Source of the DNA: Amoebophrya sp. A120
Taxonomy: Eukaryota; Protista; Dinoflagellata
NCBI GenBank assembly: GCA_905178155.1
Contig: CAJINV010000004.1
Coordinates: 9,834,625 to 9,898,624 of the forward strand
DNA: 64,000 bases
Reading direction: 5' to 3'
A program made the translations under genes and the position numbers. Each line of letters opens with the position of its first letter. The first letter of the stretch is position 1. Shown piece by piece: positions 12,801-26,000 of the stretch. The notes beneath the pieces were generated by a model that searched no databases, was not told the DNA's origin, and saw nothing but the letters and a program-made list of their open reading frames with translations.

Positions 12801-15800
12801 CGGATGCGGGGGGCCCTCGCCCCCCCCGCCCTTTCGATATGATGATACTGCGCCCCAATCTGTATGAAAAATTTTTAGATCTAAGATGATAGCTGTAAGA
12901 TCTAAGATCATGAGTTTTGACATTGCGCCCTGGTGCAGATCTGTTTCTGTATGAATGGTTTTAAGATCTAAGATGATAAGAGCTAAGATTATGACTTTTG
13001 AGATGAAGACTCACATGCGGGGGGCCCTCGCCCCCCCCCCCGCGCCCCCCCCGCCCCTTCGATGTGATGTTATTGGGCCCCAATCTGTATGAGTAGTTTT
13101 TATTTTTGAGATGAAGACTTACATGCGGGGGGCCCTCGCCCCCCCCCGCGCCCCCCCCGCCCCTTCGATGTGATGTTATTGGGCCCCAATCTGTATGAGT
13201 AGTTTTTATTTTTGAGATGAAGACTTACATGCGGGGGGCCCTCGCCCCCCCCCGCGCCCCCCCCGCCCTTTCGATGTGATGACATTGCGCCCCAATCTGT
13301 ATGAAAAATTTTTAGTTCTAAGATTACAACTGTAAGATTTAAGATCATGACTTTAAGATTGCAACTTGATCTAAGATCTGCACTATCAATTTAAGATTTG
13401 AGATTTGCGATAAGATTTGATAATAAGATTGGAGATTCGAATAAGATTTGAGACTGGGCCAAGATTTCAGATTCAGACTCGAATAAGATTGAGACTGGGC
13501 TAAGATTCTGAAGTTGAGTTATTCAATTTGAGTTATCCAATTTGAATTATTCAATTTGAATTATTCAAGAATTTGAATTATTCGATTTGAATTATTCAAG
13601 AAATTGAATTATTCGTGAGTCTTGCGATGAAATTGTAGATATGACTATCAATTTATACGAGTGCGATACTTCTTTTGCAGAGCATATCAAGCTTGCGTCT
13701 ACCATTCTCTTGACCAAGTTCCGCCGGAACAGCAGATTCCGTTCGGGGAGTTCCAGCAAAAGCTCCGCGGCGGGGAAAAAGAGGCAGCTCCGGAGGGAGC
13801 CACAGCGCGACCACCAAATGGAGGGTCGGCGAGTGCAGTTAGAGTCTCGGATGCAGCTGGCGAACAGAAGACGAGCAAACAGAAACATGCACGTGTCGAG
13901 CCACAGCGATGTGGTACGGTTCAAGGTGGTAATAAACGAGAAGAACGCAAGAAAGAACCGCCTGCTGGTGTCGCGCCAAAATCTCCATCTACTCGCGGCA
14001 GAAGTTCATCTTCCCGACGTGCTGCCTCACCTTGCCGGTCCGCCTTGTGTCCGGCGTCAGCTTTGCGGCCGGCATCTTCCAGAAGATCGCGTGCGCAGTC
14101 ACCTTCGCGGGGACGGTCCGCATCAACATCTACATCTTCACGGGGGACGAGGAGAGCTGCTTCGACTTTTACTACCTCCAAGACCTTCCGTGCTGACCCA
14201 ACTGCCGGAACGTCCAGTGCCGAACCGGGTTTGCTTGCAAATCGTGCGGCGAGCAGTGGTGATGTTGTGCCTGCGCCAGGAGCAAGCGGAACTGCCGATG
14301 CTGGCACGGCCGAGCAGATTGATGGCAATCTTCCGAGCAGTTGTGAAGGCGCGCATCTTCACGCGCCTTCAAAATCAAAAAGCGAAGCAAAGAGGCTATA
14401 CAGGATAGAGAGAAAAGAGCAACAAAAAGCACAAAAAGCAGAACAAAAGAGAGCTGAGGAAGAGAGGCAAAAGGATGAACAGGCGAGGAAAGAGGCAGAA
14501 CGCACATCAGAAGCGGCGAAGCGTGCAAACCTGGAAGCCGCGGAGAAAGAAGCGCTGTTGGAAGAGGACAAAAAGCTTCTGGAGGAGTGGAAGAGCCGCG
14601 CACCGGAGGAGTGCCGGGCACTATTTCAGGCCACCAAAGGCAGCACGAAGTGGACGCCGAATGTCGTGCTGGTCGAGATTGCGATGGACTTGCTCTTTCG
14701 ACGCGGTTCCGTATACAAGAAAAAAATTTTGTAAGTGTATGTGTAACTGTATACTTTTTTGCAGAAATAGCATCACAAATTTGTTTTGCATGACAGAAAA
14801 CCTGTCATGCGTAGCTAGTACGCGAAAACAGAAACACGTATTAAAATAGCCTCTGATGCATATCCGGCATGGTATTGCAACATCTCCAAGACAATGTTAC
14901 ACTTACACAGTTTTTTTCTTGCATATTCCGCCATGTATGTCGAGTATGAGGAATTCGCGGCCGAGCTCTATCAGCTTGATGAGCATTGGCACGCCGAAGA
15001 GAAACAAGAGACCGATAAATGGCGGCAGTGGGCTGAGGGAAGGGGCGTGGACATGGAACACAAAAAACGCAGAAAGGCTATGAGGGAGCTGTATTTGAAA
15101 GAACTAAAGCAAAGACGCGACAACAAAGTCAACTTTTTGCGGGAAATGAGGGCGCGGTGGGCCCGCATGGAAGCTGCCGGGCTCGCCCTGTTGCTGCGGT
15201 CCGGCCTGCCCTCGACGGAGTCTGTTGATGAGGGCGGTCGTCCGTTTGTTCCGGAACGGGTGAAGAACGGCTTCAACCGGATTAAGGTGCTCCATAAGCT
15301 CGCATCGGATGCAAAAGAGCGGTACGCGGGCAGTAAGACTCCACGGCAGATACTTGAAAAACCTGTTTGGAAGCAGCCGCAGCAGCCGGGGGTCCAATGG
15401 CAATTTGCCAAAGTAATAGACCCGGATCTCACCGACGACGGTGTTCGTGCAGCACAGAGCGATGCAGCAGCAGGAAAGTCATTGTTCCCAGAAGACCTGA
15501 AGAAACCTAAGGTGTGGCCCATTCGCGAACTTATGTTTGAGCAGGTTACGAAGCAAAAGAAGAAGACGCGGGCAGAATTGCGAGACAAACTTATGATGGA
15601 GGAAAGAACAGATGTTGACCAACTCAGCGACTGGGCGTTGATGCGCGGGCTACTCAGCCTGGTAGTGTACATCTTTCGCGGGGTGCAGTCCTTGCGACCA
15701 TTCAGAGAATACATTCAAGTGATCGATAGTCTGCTCGACCAGGTATTTATTGTTTCCGAGGACGGAGATGAAGATGACGGACAACGAGGGCCAGGACCAC

Positions 15801-17163
15801 ACTCGACGCCGTCCTCCTCGTCGGGCTCGGCGGCTGTCGTTTACACTCGTCTGCCATTGGTGGCCGCCGATAGCTGCGGGTATTTGTTAGAGACGCCGCG
15901 CCTACAGGAGCATTCTGATTTTCATCGAGCCGAACAACAAACCACCGGGACGATGAAAGCTATGGAACGCGCCAGGGAGTGGTATGAAAAGAACGCGAAT
16001 CGACATCGAAGCTATTTCGCCAACATTGGAAATAACCGCCTTTTGGAGGAAGAAGAAGCTCTTGCGAAACGTTATTCTGAGACGATACCGTTACCGTATC
16101 GCCTGCCCGTCTCTGAATCGGACAGGAACGAAGTGCAAAAGGATCTGTTCGAAAAGCGCCATGGGATCGAGTTTCTCAAATGGGCGGTAGATAGAACGGA
16201 CGAAAAAGGGGACGTTTGGCTGAGTCAAGACCTAAACTTCGACTTGCTGAAAAGCCGAGCTTATCAAATGTAAAAATGTCTGGGTCTGGAAGAATGCATG
16301 TTTGTCATGCTTGTCTGGCATGACTCTTAAATCTGTCACTCACGTTACCCAAGAGCGCCACTTTTCTGTCATGCAGAAACGCAGTTTGTCATGCAGAATA
16401 GGCAACACCTAGAAGCTCAGAAACTTCTCATGCTGAGCCAGCACTTGTGGCCTCCTCATGATACGCCACCCAGCATCACAAGTTTCCAGACCCAGACATA
16501 TTTGCATTTGATAGAGCTGCTCACGACGGCATTCTCAGCCCGATACTCGACGACGCGACAAAGATACTCGACGACGCGACAAGGCTACACCAGCAGAACG
16601 GGAGGTCGGCACGTCTTTCCGATAGTCGTCGGGGATGCTGCGGTCGTCCTCGTCGCCGACGGGAGGCGTCGCTTGAAGCGGGTGATGTCGTCGCCGATCG
16701 GTCTGCGGTGGAAGCGTTTGGGAGGCGGCACTCGGAACTGAAGGCGGAGCTAAATGACGACCTTCAACCGACTCCGGAAGGACGGGGTGGCGCAGCGTAC
16801 GAAGCAAAAAAAAAGTATAAGTTCGCACCTGAGCCGCCCCTTGAAAGTTTTAAAACGTTGCACTCTCGTTTGGTTGTGATGCAGGCCGCTTTGGTGCAGG
16901 AGGACTATGCTGGAGCGGGTTCTTTGTTTGGACTCGCCTTCAAACAGACGGCAACTTTTCGCGACGAGCCGCCGGTGGCTCGAGTGTGGGACTCGAAGTA
17001 TTTGAACACGTTTGAGGCTGACAACCTCGCGATCGAGGCAGTCACCGCGCACACGGGAACGGCTTACTATGGCATGCTGTTTCAGCTTGGCGTGCGATAC
17101 GTGTGGACCCATAACATCACACAGTACCGTGATTGGACAAAGAAAATTAAAATTGAACTATAG
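9898..17163 (+). CDS. Large hypothetical protein (N-terminal hydrophobic segment, Ser/Arg-rich and coiled-coil regions) split by 4 introners
   Basis: ORFs 9820, 13661, 14894 and 16708 join in frame after removing 10624-10930, 10991-13686, 14712-14925 and 16262-16513 (junctions GASL-LPNKG, RSQ-ACVYH, RGS-AMYVE, SRA-AHDG). Confidence 0.7.
10624..10930. mobile_element. Introner family D
   Basis: Long TIR TATGGATGTGTCAGAGTTGAAATCGACAAAGTTGAAATA; DR GCCTG/GCCTG. Confidence 0.92.
11270..12170. repeat. Degenerate ~40-bp tandem repeat
   Basis: GCGACGCCG recurs near 11352, 11393 and 11433; units resemble TTTCTAGC.GGAAATCCAG. Confidence 0.75.
12700..13330. repeat. ~110-bp minisatellite with poly-C tracts (G-quadruplex-prone on the - strand)
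   Basis: Four to five units of GATGAAGACTTACATGCGGGGGGCCCTCGC(n)GCGC(n)GCCCCTTCGATGTGATG...CCCAATCTGTATG. Confidence 0.9.
13330..13612. repeat. AAGATT(T) micro-repeats followed by ~14-bp TTATTCAATTTGAA repeats
   Basis: Directly visible in the sequence. Confidence 0.85.
14712..14925. mobile_element. Introner family E
   Basis: TATACAAGAAAAAAATTTTGTAAGTGT / ACACTTACACAGTTTTTTTCTTGCATA; DR TTCCG/TTCCG. Confidence 0.9.
16262..16513. mobile_element. Introner family B
   Basis: TIR TATnnnnTG(C/T)AAA(A/T)ATGTCTGGGTCTGGAA; DR GAGCT/GAGCT. Confidence 0.92.
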
Positions 17164-17299
17164 ATGATGCGTTATTTATATTTTAGTGAGTAGCAGGGCC
17201 TGAAGTTCGGGGCTTCTGCTTAAAGAAAAAGGCGTCTGCAGTAAAATATCTGATTCTTTGTTATTTTAAAGCAGTCGCATACTAGTATGCGCGCTAGAG

Positions 17300-18262
17300 G
17301 AAGAGGAAGCCTAACCTCCCCCGAGGGGAAATGCAACAACGATAGGAACACACACGACACAGCCACGATTTTATCGACTTTTTGATCGGACAAGTTTTCC
17401 TAAACCAACTTTGACTGAAAAGTAGAGGTGAAGCGCAAAGCGTATTTGTAAAAAAGTAGGAACGCCAGCTTCGCCTCTAAGTCTGCGCCCATTTCCAGTT
17501 AGGGACACACGTAGTCGCCTCGTTCTTCATTTTCAATAAACTCTCCACAAGACGTGCTTGCACAACTAATCTCAGTTCGCTATGCTACAGTGTTTCGCTT
17601 GCGACAACTACTCTCAGTTCGCTGCACAACTAATCTCAGTTCGCTGCGAGTTTTTATACTTGCACTTGCTCTACGTCTACTTCTACTAGTTTGTGCACGA
17701 GCTACAACTATGTATAGGTAGTACTTAGCAACGCAAACTTGCCATGAACAAACACTATACCTGGAGCAGGGCTTGCCATGAACAAACACTATATGGATCA
17801 TTTAGTATCTATATTACAAAATTTATTTTATCGCACACGTCCGATGCAAGTATTTGTCGGAGCTTGGATGTTTTCAAAAGAAAGCAACACATACACACAT
17901 TTTGATTTTGTATAATCTTTAAGTATTTGTGTTGTACAAGTGGGAGTTAGCGTTTGGGTTTGGCTTTGGTCTCAAGAAGAAGAAGATGAAGAAAGTCTGA
18001 CGGCGCCTAAAATAAGTATTGTGTGCGCTTGTGGAAGGAGCACAACCATAACCCTCGTAGGGAGAGGGACTACACAAATGACGATAGCACACATAGGAGC
18101 CACGATTGTATATATCGACTTGTTTATTTGATCGGACTACAACTACAAGCTTTGGTTTATTTCTTAAACCGATTTATTTTTCGGCTGAAGCGTAGAGGGG
18201 CAGGCAGCGCAAAGCGTATTGATTCGTAAAAAGTAGCAACGCCAGCTTCGCCTGTAGGTCCG
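17300..18262. repeat. Diverged intergenic direct repeat (~17300-17490 and ~18040-18262) enclosing short tandem duplications
   Basis: Shared blocks GCCACGATT, ATCGACTT, TTGATCGGAC, AGCGCAAAGCGTATT and AACGCCAGCTTCGCCT. Confidence 0.75.
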
Positions 18263-20010
18263 TCTGCACCAGTCACTTCGAAGTATACAGGTTTTTTTTT
18301 CCCCTCCACAACCCGAACCCTTTCATCCGAACTATTTTTTGTCAGATTGTGAAGATGATATCGGTTTTATTTCTATCGTTGTTTTATTTTCTACGCAATG
18401 GTTTTGGTTTTTGATGTCGAAGAGTCTTTTCTTATGTTCTTGAAGCATATAGTTTAAGTCCGATGAGCATGAGGATGGGTTTTTTGCTAACAAGAATTAT
18501 CATGTAGCCCTGTTCTAGCTCTACAACTGGTACAGACGTGCCGCTCGGCTAGAGCATAGTACTCCGTTGCACAACATCTGTAGTGCGGCGTGTGCTGGAA
18601 GAGTTTGAAGAGCGTTGAGTAGCTTGTTGTCCCTCAAAAATTTGATCACAATGTATGATGAACGGCATTTCTTTTACAACAAGCTACAGACTGCAACAGC
18701 TATCCGTCAGCAGTACAGCAACTCCACATCATGCGCCGGATACGATGAAAGCCCATCATTCACATTGGCTACCTAGAACAAAGTACTCAAGATGCATGGA
18801 GATCGCATATAATGCCGCGCCCTCCCATAGGCCGGCCAAGATGCCCCATACCATAGGGGAATCTTGCAGAACTTGTACCAGTAGTTTTGTATAGCAAGAA
18901 CCTTGATGTTCAACAAGGTCCGGAAAAATAAACGACATCCTCAACAGCAGGCGGGGAATGAACACAACGACGACGTGGCCGGCAGGTGTTCTCATTCATG
19001 GATCCTCAAATAAGGTGCAGCATCGTGGCGCACAAGAACAGATCCCCGCCAACGTGCCTTGTTTGCTGGATGCTCTTCTAAGGGAGTAGTTGATTCTGGG
19101 GTAAGCAAACATAACTGCGGTAGGCCGCGTTTGGTGTGTCCTCTTTTGAAAGCGTTCCGTACGAAGATGTTGATTTCGGCCGTACGAAGATGTTGAAGGG
19201 CACAGCCACTTACGGAAGGTGCCGGGTCGTCGTGATCATCGTGGTTCTGAAAATTCTAATACGTCGGTCGAAACAAGTTTGAATGAGAATGTCATCGGCA
19301 ACCTTGCATTGCTGTAACTGGTTTCATGATAGTTTGGTTCGTCATCGCGCTGTTTCTATTGATGGTTTTACAACCTCATCGGCTTCGCATCTACTACTAC
19401 TTCTTCTTCTCCAGCTGGGGATATTAGCGCTACACACGACGTTGACCAGCACACATACCGTCAACTTTAAAGTTCGAAAAGTCGCTGTCGCACGACATCA
19501 AGGGTATTATCCAGATTGGGTGCTCTCGTTGCGCTCGCAGAGATTCTAGATTTGAGGTTCGTCATCAAGGGCACTAGGTGTTGTCGTAGTAAGTTGTCGT
19601 GTCCTCCTTGTAGCCCCGCCCAATTTCTTTTCAAAACACAGACCAGAGGCCGTCTAGCGCGATAATCTTCCTTAGAAGTAACTACACGGTTTTTTTTAAT
19701 TAAGCAAATTTGAAGACGATCAAATAGTAATATCTAAGGGCGAGTATTAAGCTCTGTGGTCTTCCTGTTCTTCCTGTTGTTGCCCATCCTCGTGGAAGAC
19801 CCGCGTCACGACGAATCGTAGGCATGACTACAACAAACATACCGCCTCGGAGCAGCAGCAATTCTAATAGTTCGATTGTTACGTCCTCCACAAGTCGTGT
19901 CCTCGATATTGAGCACCACTTCAACGCGGCCGAGGAAGACGGAGACAGATTCGAAGGAGGCTCTAGCCGGGCGAGGAAGGCCTCCGGATTTCTACGAGGA
20001 CTACCAGCCG

Positions 20011-23000
20011 ATGATGAACGAGCCATCTTTAATAACGGTTAACCGTCAGCAGGACGACGACGACGACCAGCCTGCTTCGTTCTGTGCGACCAGCCGAAGT
20101 AGCGCCGGCGGCGCGTGGAGCAGTTGCAGTGCAAGCGAGGAGCGGCCGTCGAATGCGTCCGAATACTTCTACGTGGGAGGTGGCAGTCCTCCAGGAGATT
20201 GCCTGCTCAGTTGTAGTACTGAGAAAAGCAGCCCGAGCCCGAGCCCCGGTGAAGCAGAAGGTCATGCCCTGCTGGGAGATCCTGATGTCTCCAGTCCGGG
20301 ACTGTCAGCATACGTAGTCACGGGCGATGGGGTGCTGGAGTTCTCTCCGGTGGCGTCATCTAGATCCAGCAGTGAACTACACGATGTCGTGTATCCGCAC
20401 CTCGAGAACGTGGCAGGCGTTCGGCAGGGGAAAGGAGAGACTTTGCCGTTGAAAAGTTCCACCGAGATAAAAAAGACGGTGAACGGGAAAGAAAATGTGG
20501 ATACGGAGGAGCCTGTGTGTGAAGAACGAGGCCCACGGCTGGAAGGAGATGAAGAGCGGGTACAAGAGCACTCGCAGTCCTCTGCATCTCCGGAGCCGAC
20601 TCATCCTTTTCTGTTCATGGGCTCATCTGGGGAGCAGGCGGCTGACCCAAAACAGGCAGCAGCGGTCGTGGGCGCAGATGATACTAAGCAGGGAAGGAAA
20701 AAAGGAATTGCTGTTGCTGCCGCTACGAACAAGAAGGGCGCTGCCTCTTCTAAGGGAGGTAACAAGAGTACTACTACCAAAACCAAAGGCAAGGCAGCAC
20801 CACCCCCAGTTCTTCCGGAACAAGCTAAAGCAGCTCCCATTCTTGCGCAGCCGGCGGCAGCGGAGGTTGCGGTGAAAACTGAGCCTACTGGTGCAAAAGA
20901 ACACCCTGAAGTTGTGCCCGGCTCCAAGGCAAGCACGGTCGGAGGTGTAGAAGAAGTCGACGCGCAAACAGCTACTAAAGCGTCGCCCACCGCCGGGTCT
21001 GCTTCGGCTTCCGCTTCTGGTGCCATCAAAGCAGGAGCGTCTGCTGTAACCTCAAGTGCGTCATCTGTCCTTGCCCCTGGTGGTGCGCCAGTCAAGAGCT
21101 ACAGAAGTGGGACGACTTCTACTGTCGTGAGCAATAAATCGAAGCCACCGTCACTGCCCGCCTCTCCCCGAGGAGAACCACCAGCTGCGGCGAAAAAGCC
21201 CAAGCCGCCGTCACTGCCCTCCTCGCCCCGGGAGGGAGGTACAGCTACAGGTACTGCTGCTGTCGCAAAAAAGACTAAGCCGCCCTCTGTGCCGTCTTCT
21301 CCCCGGCCCGGAGGAGGTACAACAGGAGCAAGTCGTGCAAAAGCAAACGCCACACAGCAGCAGCAGCAGCAATCTAAGTCTTTCGGTACAGTGAAATCCG
21401 CCGCGCGTGCCGGGACGACAAATTTCTCGGCAGTGGAACACGATGCGAAGAGTTACAAAGATAAGAATCAGGAACTACAAGACCCACGACCGGCATTGAC
21501 ACGAAAGTCCGCGATCAGCACTCGCAGAGGAACTACAACATCCAATGGAACACGGCCAAGCAGGCGGTCAACTACTAGCTTTTTGCCGGAAGCACCGAAA
21601 GCCTTTTCTTTGAACGCCCAATCAACTGGACGGCAGCCTGGTGACGAAGAAGATGAACGCGGTGTGCCTTCCATGGCCTATTGGCTCGGGGGAATCTTTG
21701 GGTCGGCTTCATCTGGAAATGATAATGAAACAGGACGACCAGCAGCAGGAACTACTGGTGCCGCTGCTGAGACGAGGAGCGTCGCAACAACTGCCCCGAT
21801 GAATAAAGGCTCTCGTCGTGGTGAGAAGCAAAATCAAGATGAACCTGCTTCATCTGTCGTAGAAGGCGGAGCCAGCACTTCATCTGGCTTCTTTCTCACC
21901 AACTTCAGTCTTCCTGTGACCGCACCCTGGATGTTGAGCAACCCTGGGTCGTCGGAGGCTGATGTGGGGGCGTCAACGGCCGTCGTGGCTCGTCCCGCAT
22001 CTACTTCCACGGCAGAAGCGAGTCCGAATATAACGCAGCCGAAAATTGAATCGCCAACGCCACTCTATAAGAACGACGCCGCTCTAGTATTTTCTTCGGC
22101 GGATGTTGCTGGAGCTGGAGACACTTCTAGTAACCTCGCTACCACCTCCGAGACTATACAAGCTGCAGGGACCACTACTCAGCAGGATGTTGTCGGCCAC
22201 CTGTCGAGAATGATGTCGTTCCTCGGTGAGCATGCTGATCGCGTGTCGAAGCATGTTCTTGGTGTCGGGATGATCACGCCAGATGAAGTTGCTGCTGCTA
22301 CTAGTACAACTAGTAAAATAAACCGTGTCGGTGCTAATATGAACAGCGGTGATCAAGAGGTTTCCATGTTGTCTGGTGGAGGTGGAGTTGAACCACGAGT
22401 AGATGAGATAAATCACGGCGATTTTTATGCCAATGGCAATGTTGCGAATAATTATCCGAATGACCATGACGGCAAAGCCAAAGACGAGCATTGGACCACA
22501 TCAGTGAAGAAATTTTTCACCGCACCGCCGTCTTTTTTGAAGCAGGACCCAGCGAGTTATCAGTACGATCAGTCGTATCAGCACGACTACTTCTACCCCG
22601 GACGAGCAGCTGCACCAGTCCCACCACCACCCGCGCCTGTTACATCAACTTCTTCTCCTTCTTCTTCCAAGCCCCGTCGAACTAGCCCCGAAGAAAAGCA
22701 AGCGAAAAAGGAGAAAAAACAGGAGAATAAACGGAAAGCAAAACTGGCGAGAAAAGAGGCAGAGCAGGACCGGATAAAAGCGGTTAAAGAAACCTACGAG
22801 CAGCAGAAGGAGCTTTTGCAAGCGGCGATCAAGCAAAGAAGGGACGAACTAGAACAACGACTGAAAAAACAGATCCAGCAGAAGGAAAAAACGGAAAGAA
22901 CTGCGAAAAACGGCATGGACGCTGCATTGCTTTTATGCAATGTTTACAAACGTCTCGTACACGACGTACAAGACGCGTCACAGATTTCGCCAACTTACAA

Positions 23001-26000
23001 TGTAACACATGTCAACATGCTGACTAGGATCGCAGGCAAGGTTTGTCATGCAGCAACCGCATTTGTACGTGAACGTGTACGGGAATAAATTTGCTGTTGT
23101 GTTGTATACCTGTTATCGAGAAACCATTTGGACGAGGCCATTTTCCGCACTCGGACGCAGTTGGACGAGGCAAACTGGAAAACGAGGGAGCTGCTCGACC
23201 GTGGGCTGTCGCAAAACCGCCAATTCTTTGACGAGGCAGTGGTGCATGCGAGGGTGCTGCTCGATACGGCCATTGCCGGCACAGTTTATTCGACAACATC
23301 TTCGCCTGATCTTGATGGTGGAGATGAAAACAAGAAAGACATCAACTCCTACGGTGCGGGGTCCGGCGCTCCTGTAGCAGATCTCGCAAAGTTCAAGAAA
23401 GACGTGAACACGTTTAAAGAAACAGACAATGCCGCTAGCACCTTAGAAAACTACGACGACATTGCGGCTTTACTGCAACAGGCAGTGTCGGCGGTGCAGG
23501 TGCCTTTTGGTGAGCAAGCAACGCGTGTAGCTGTTGCTGGAGAGATGTCATCTTCCTCCTCGTCGAGTGATAGCGACGCCGGTCGTGGTCCTGGATATTA
23601 CCATGATTACCACCACCACTACGCCGCCGATTCGTCTGCATTGGGGCACTATGGTTTCCACTCGGACCAACCGAATTATGCGCAGATCATACATCAGGGT
23701 TCGTACTATGCAGCTGCTGCTGGTGCTGCCCATGGCTATGGCTCTCAGCCTCAGGAGTACCAAATACACGGCTCTGAAGAAAACCGAGAGTACCAAACAC
23801 GTCGGCTGCGCGGTAGTGCTGCGGAAATAGAAGAAGCGTCGTCGCCGTTAGAGGATTCAGCAGCATCAGAGTTGGACAACAAGGGCGATGCTGCTACCGT
23901 TCCCGTGATGATTTCCAAGGTTAGTGCGAGTGGGGAAGAGGTCGTACTATCCTCGCGGAATAAAGCTGCACTCGCTGCTGCTACAGAAGGACAAGATAAA
24001 AGCGTGAGCAGCTCATCGCGGCAGGCAGCCAACACCACCACGACCTCGGCACTAAAAGAGGCAACGGAAGGACGAAGTAGTTCCGGCACCGATGTGGTCG
24101 ACATCAAAGAACCCCCATCAAACATGACGGCGGCAAAGCCGAAGGATGGAGAAAAGAAACTGGATCAAGAAGAACCCTCGTTGAAGGGTGACAAAGAAGA
24201 GATGGCGAAAGCAAAGCCAGAGGTGGAGCCCCCGCAGTCTACTTCCTCCACCAAACCGAGGCAAGAGCTGGCCGCGAACTCGAATTATGTTGTCACCAAA
24301 CAAGCCACGACCTCAAACGTCGACCCTCCACCCCTCCCCCCATTCCTGATTTCACACCTAGCCGGTGTGAGCAAACTGCCGCTCGGGAAGTGGGGTTTCG
24401 CGGGTTGGTACCAAAGTTCCATCGACTCTAATCTTTTGTATGAATTGCAAAAGTATCGGACTCGTATTGCAATCATGCATTTACAAACTTTACTCCGAAG
24501 CTCAATCCGCATGTACAAATTTTATTTCTCATGCCGAGGAAATTTGCAATGCATTTATACGAGTACGTCGATACTTTATTTGCAATGCATATCTTGAACG
24601 ACACAACAATTTCACCGAAAGATAAGCTCGAGCAGCTTTTCGGTATCAGACTCGCGTGGGACAGGTCGCAGTTTCCGAAAGTCCCAGTGACGAAAGTTGC
24701 AGAAAATTCCTGCGCAGCGAAGAACGGGATCGTAAGTGGCGACTTTCTAGTCGCGTTTTCGGGCGAGAAAATAGGCAACGTGAAAAGTCTTCCCGGATTC
24801 ACCGAAGCAGCGCCAGAGTTGGCGATTGTCGAGAAAGTGCAACGGGCGGAGGCGAGGCTGAAAAAGTCCGGAAATTACGGGAAAGAAAACCTGTGTGGAT
24901 TCATTTTCCTGCGAAAGAAATATGCGGATCAGTATTTGCAGCTGGGGATGACCATACCGACTACAACATCTGGAGGCGAAAACGAAAAATTTCTCGCCGA
25001 GAAAACTCTGGGCTTCGACGTGATCAGTTACAAATCGAATTCGCTGGAGATGGAGATCCTGCAAGTGGGAAAAATCTCAACAACCGATGCAACTTCGTTC
25101 GCAGTCCAGAACAAACTGCAGGAAAAGGACATTCTGGTCTTTCTCGGCGAGGCGAAACCGTTGTTGAGTGGCGCGGTGGACAGAGAAGGATTTTCGAAGG
25201 CGGTGACATCAGGAGAGCAGGTACAAATATCAAATGCTTCGAGCGAAAGTCCTGCAAGAACTCCGACGGTCGAGCTTCTCATCCGCCGCTGCACCCCGGA
25301 AGGCTGGCCCAAAGCTCAAATTCTCGAGGAAACCAAACGGCTCAACGGAAGTAGCGTTGTAGTTGGACGTGGTGATGGTGAATTGACCGGAGTTCTTTCC
25401 ACAACAGTGAAATCCACGCCACCTCCGACTGAAGAAGGTATGGTAAGTAGTACAAACCGAGGAAGTGGTGCGACATCAAGCGAAGGTGCGAACAAGCAAG
25501 CGAAACCTATTCCCCCAACATCCAAGACGAATACAACATCAGGCCCGCAGTGGTTGATTTCTGTGCTCGCGGGCATTCCGAAGCTGCCGCTTGCGAAGTG
25601 GGGTTTCGCCGGTTGGTACCAGAGCTCCATCGACGAAGCAGTTTTGAACGACTATGGAAGTGTCAGGATCGAAATAATCGACAAAGTTGAAATGATTTGC
25701 CATGCATAAAATGGATGCCAGTTGGTGCCTAGTTTTCAAGTGGCGCATGACAAATCTGGGAAGAGTCGAAATCTTGTCTGTAATGCTCTTTGGGTAAGGA
25801 AGACGCCTTTTGTCATGCTACATTTTTAGCAGCTCTATTGCTACCCCTCAACAGGCTTACAATCTGCCTCCCTTCCCTACTCTGCAAGACAGGCACTTTG
25901 TGGGTTGCATTTTATGCATCACAAACTATTTCAACTTTGACGATTTCAATCCGGGCACCCCCATAACGACGCGAAAAAAGCTGCGCGTGAGAAAGTCGAA

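Larger units (their letters stand above)
10991..13686. mobile_element. Family A introner expanded to 2.7 kb by an internal repeat-rich insertion
   Basis: Family A left part at 10991-11110 and right TIR at ~13650-13686; DR TCAAG/TCAAG; frame restored. Confidence 0.88.

Noticed and set aside
13330-13612. Interstitial telomere
   Set aside because: The units are AAGATT and TTATTCAATTTGAA, not TTTAGGG or TTAGGG.
16540-16581. 21-bp exonic tandem duplication (ILDDATK/ILDDATR) as an excision footprint
   Set aside because: Its length does not match the 5-bp DR; ordinary slippage is sufficient.
17955-17980. Relict dinoflagellate spliced leader
   Set aside because: Only a short partial match (TTTGG-CTCAAG), which could arise by chance.
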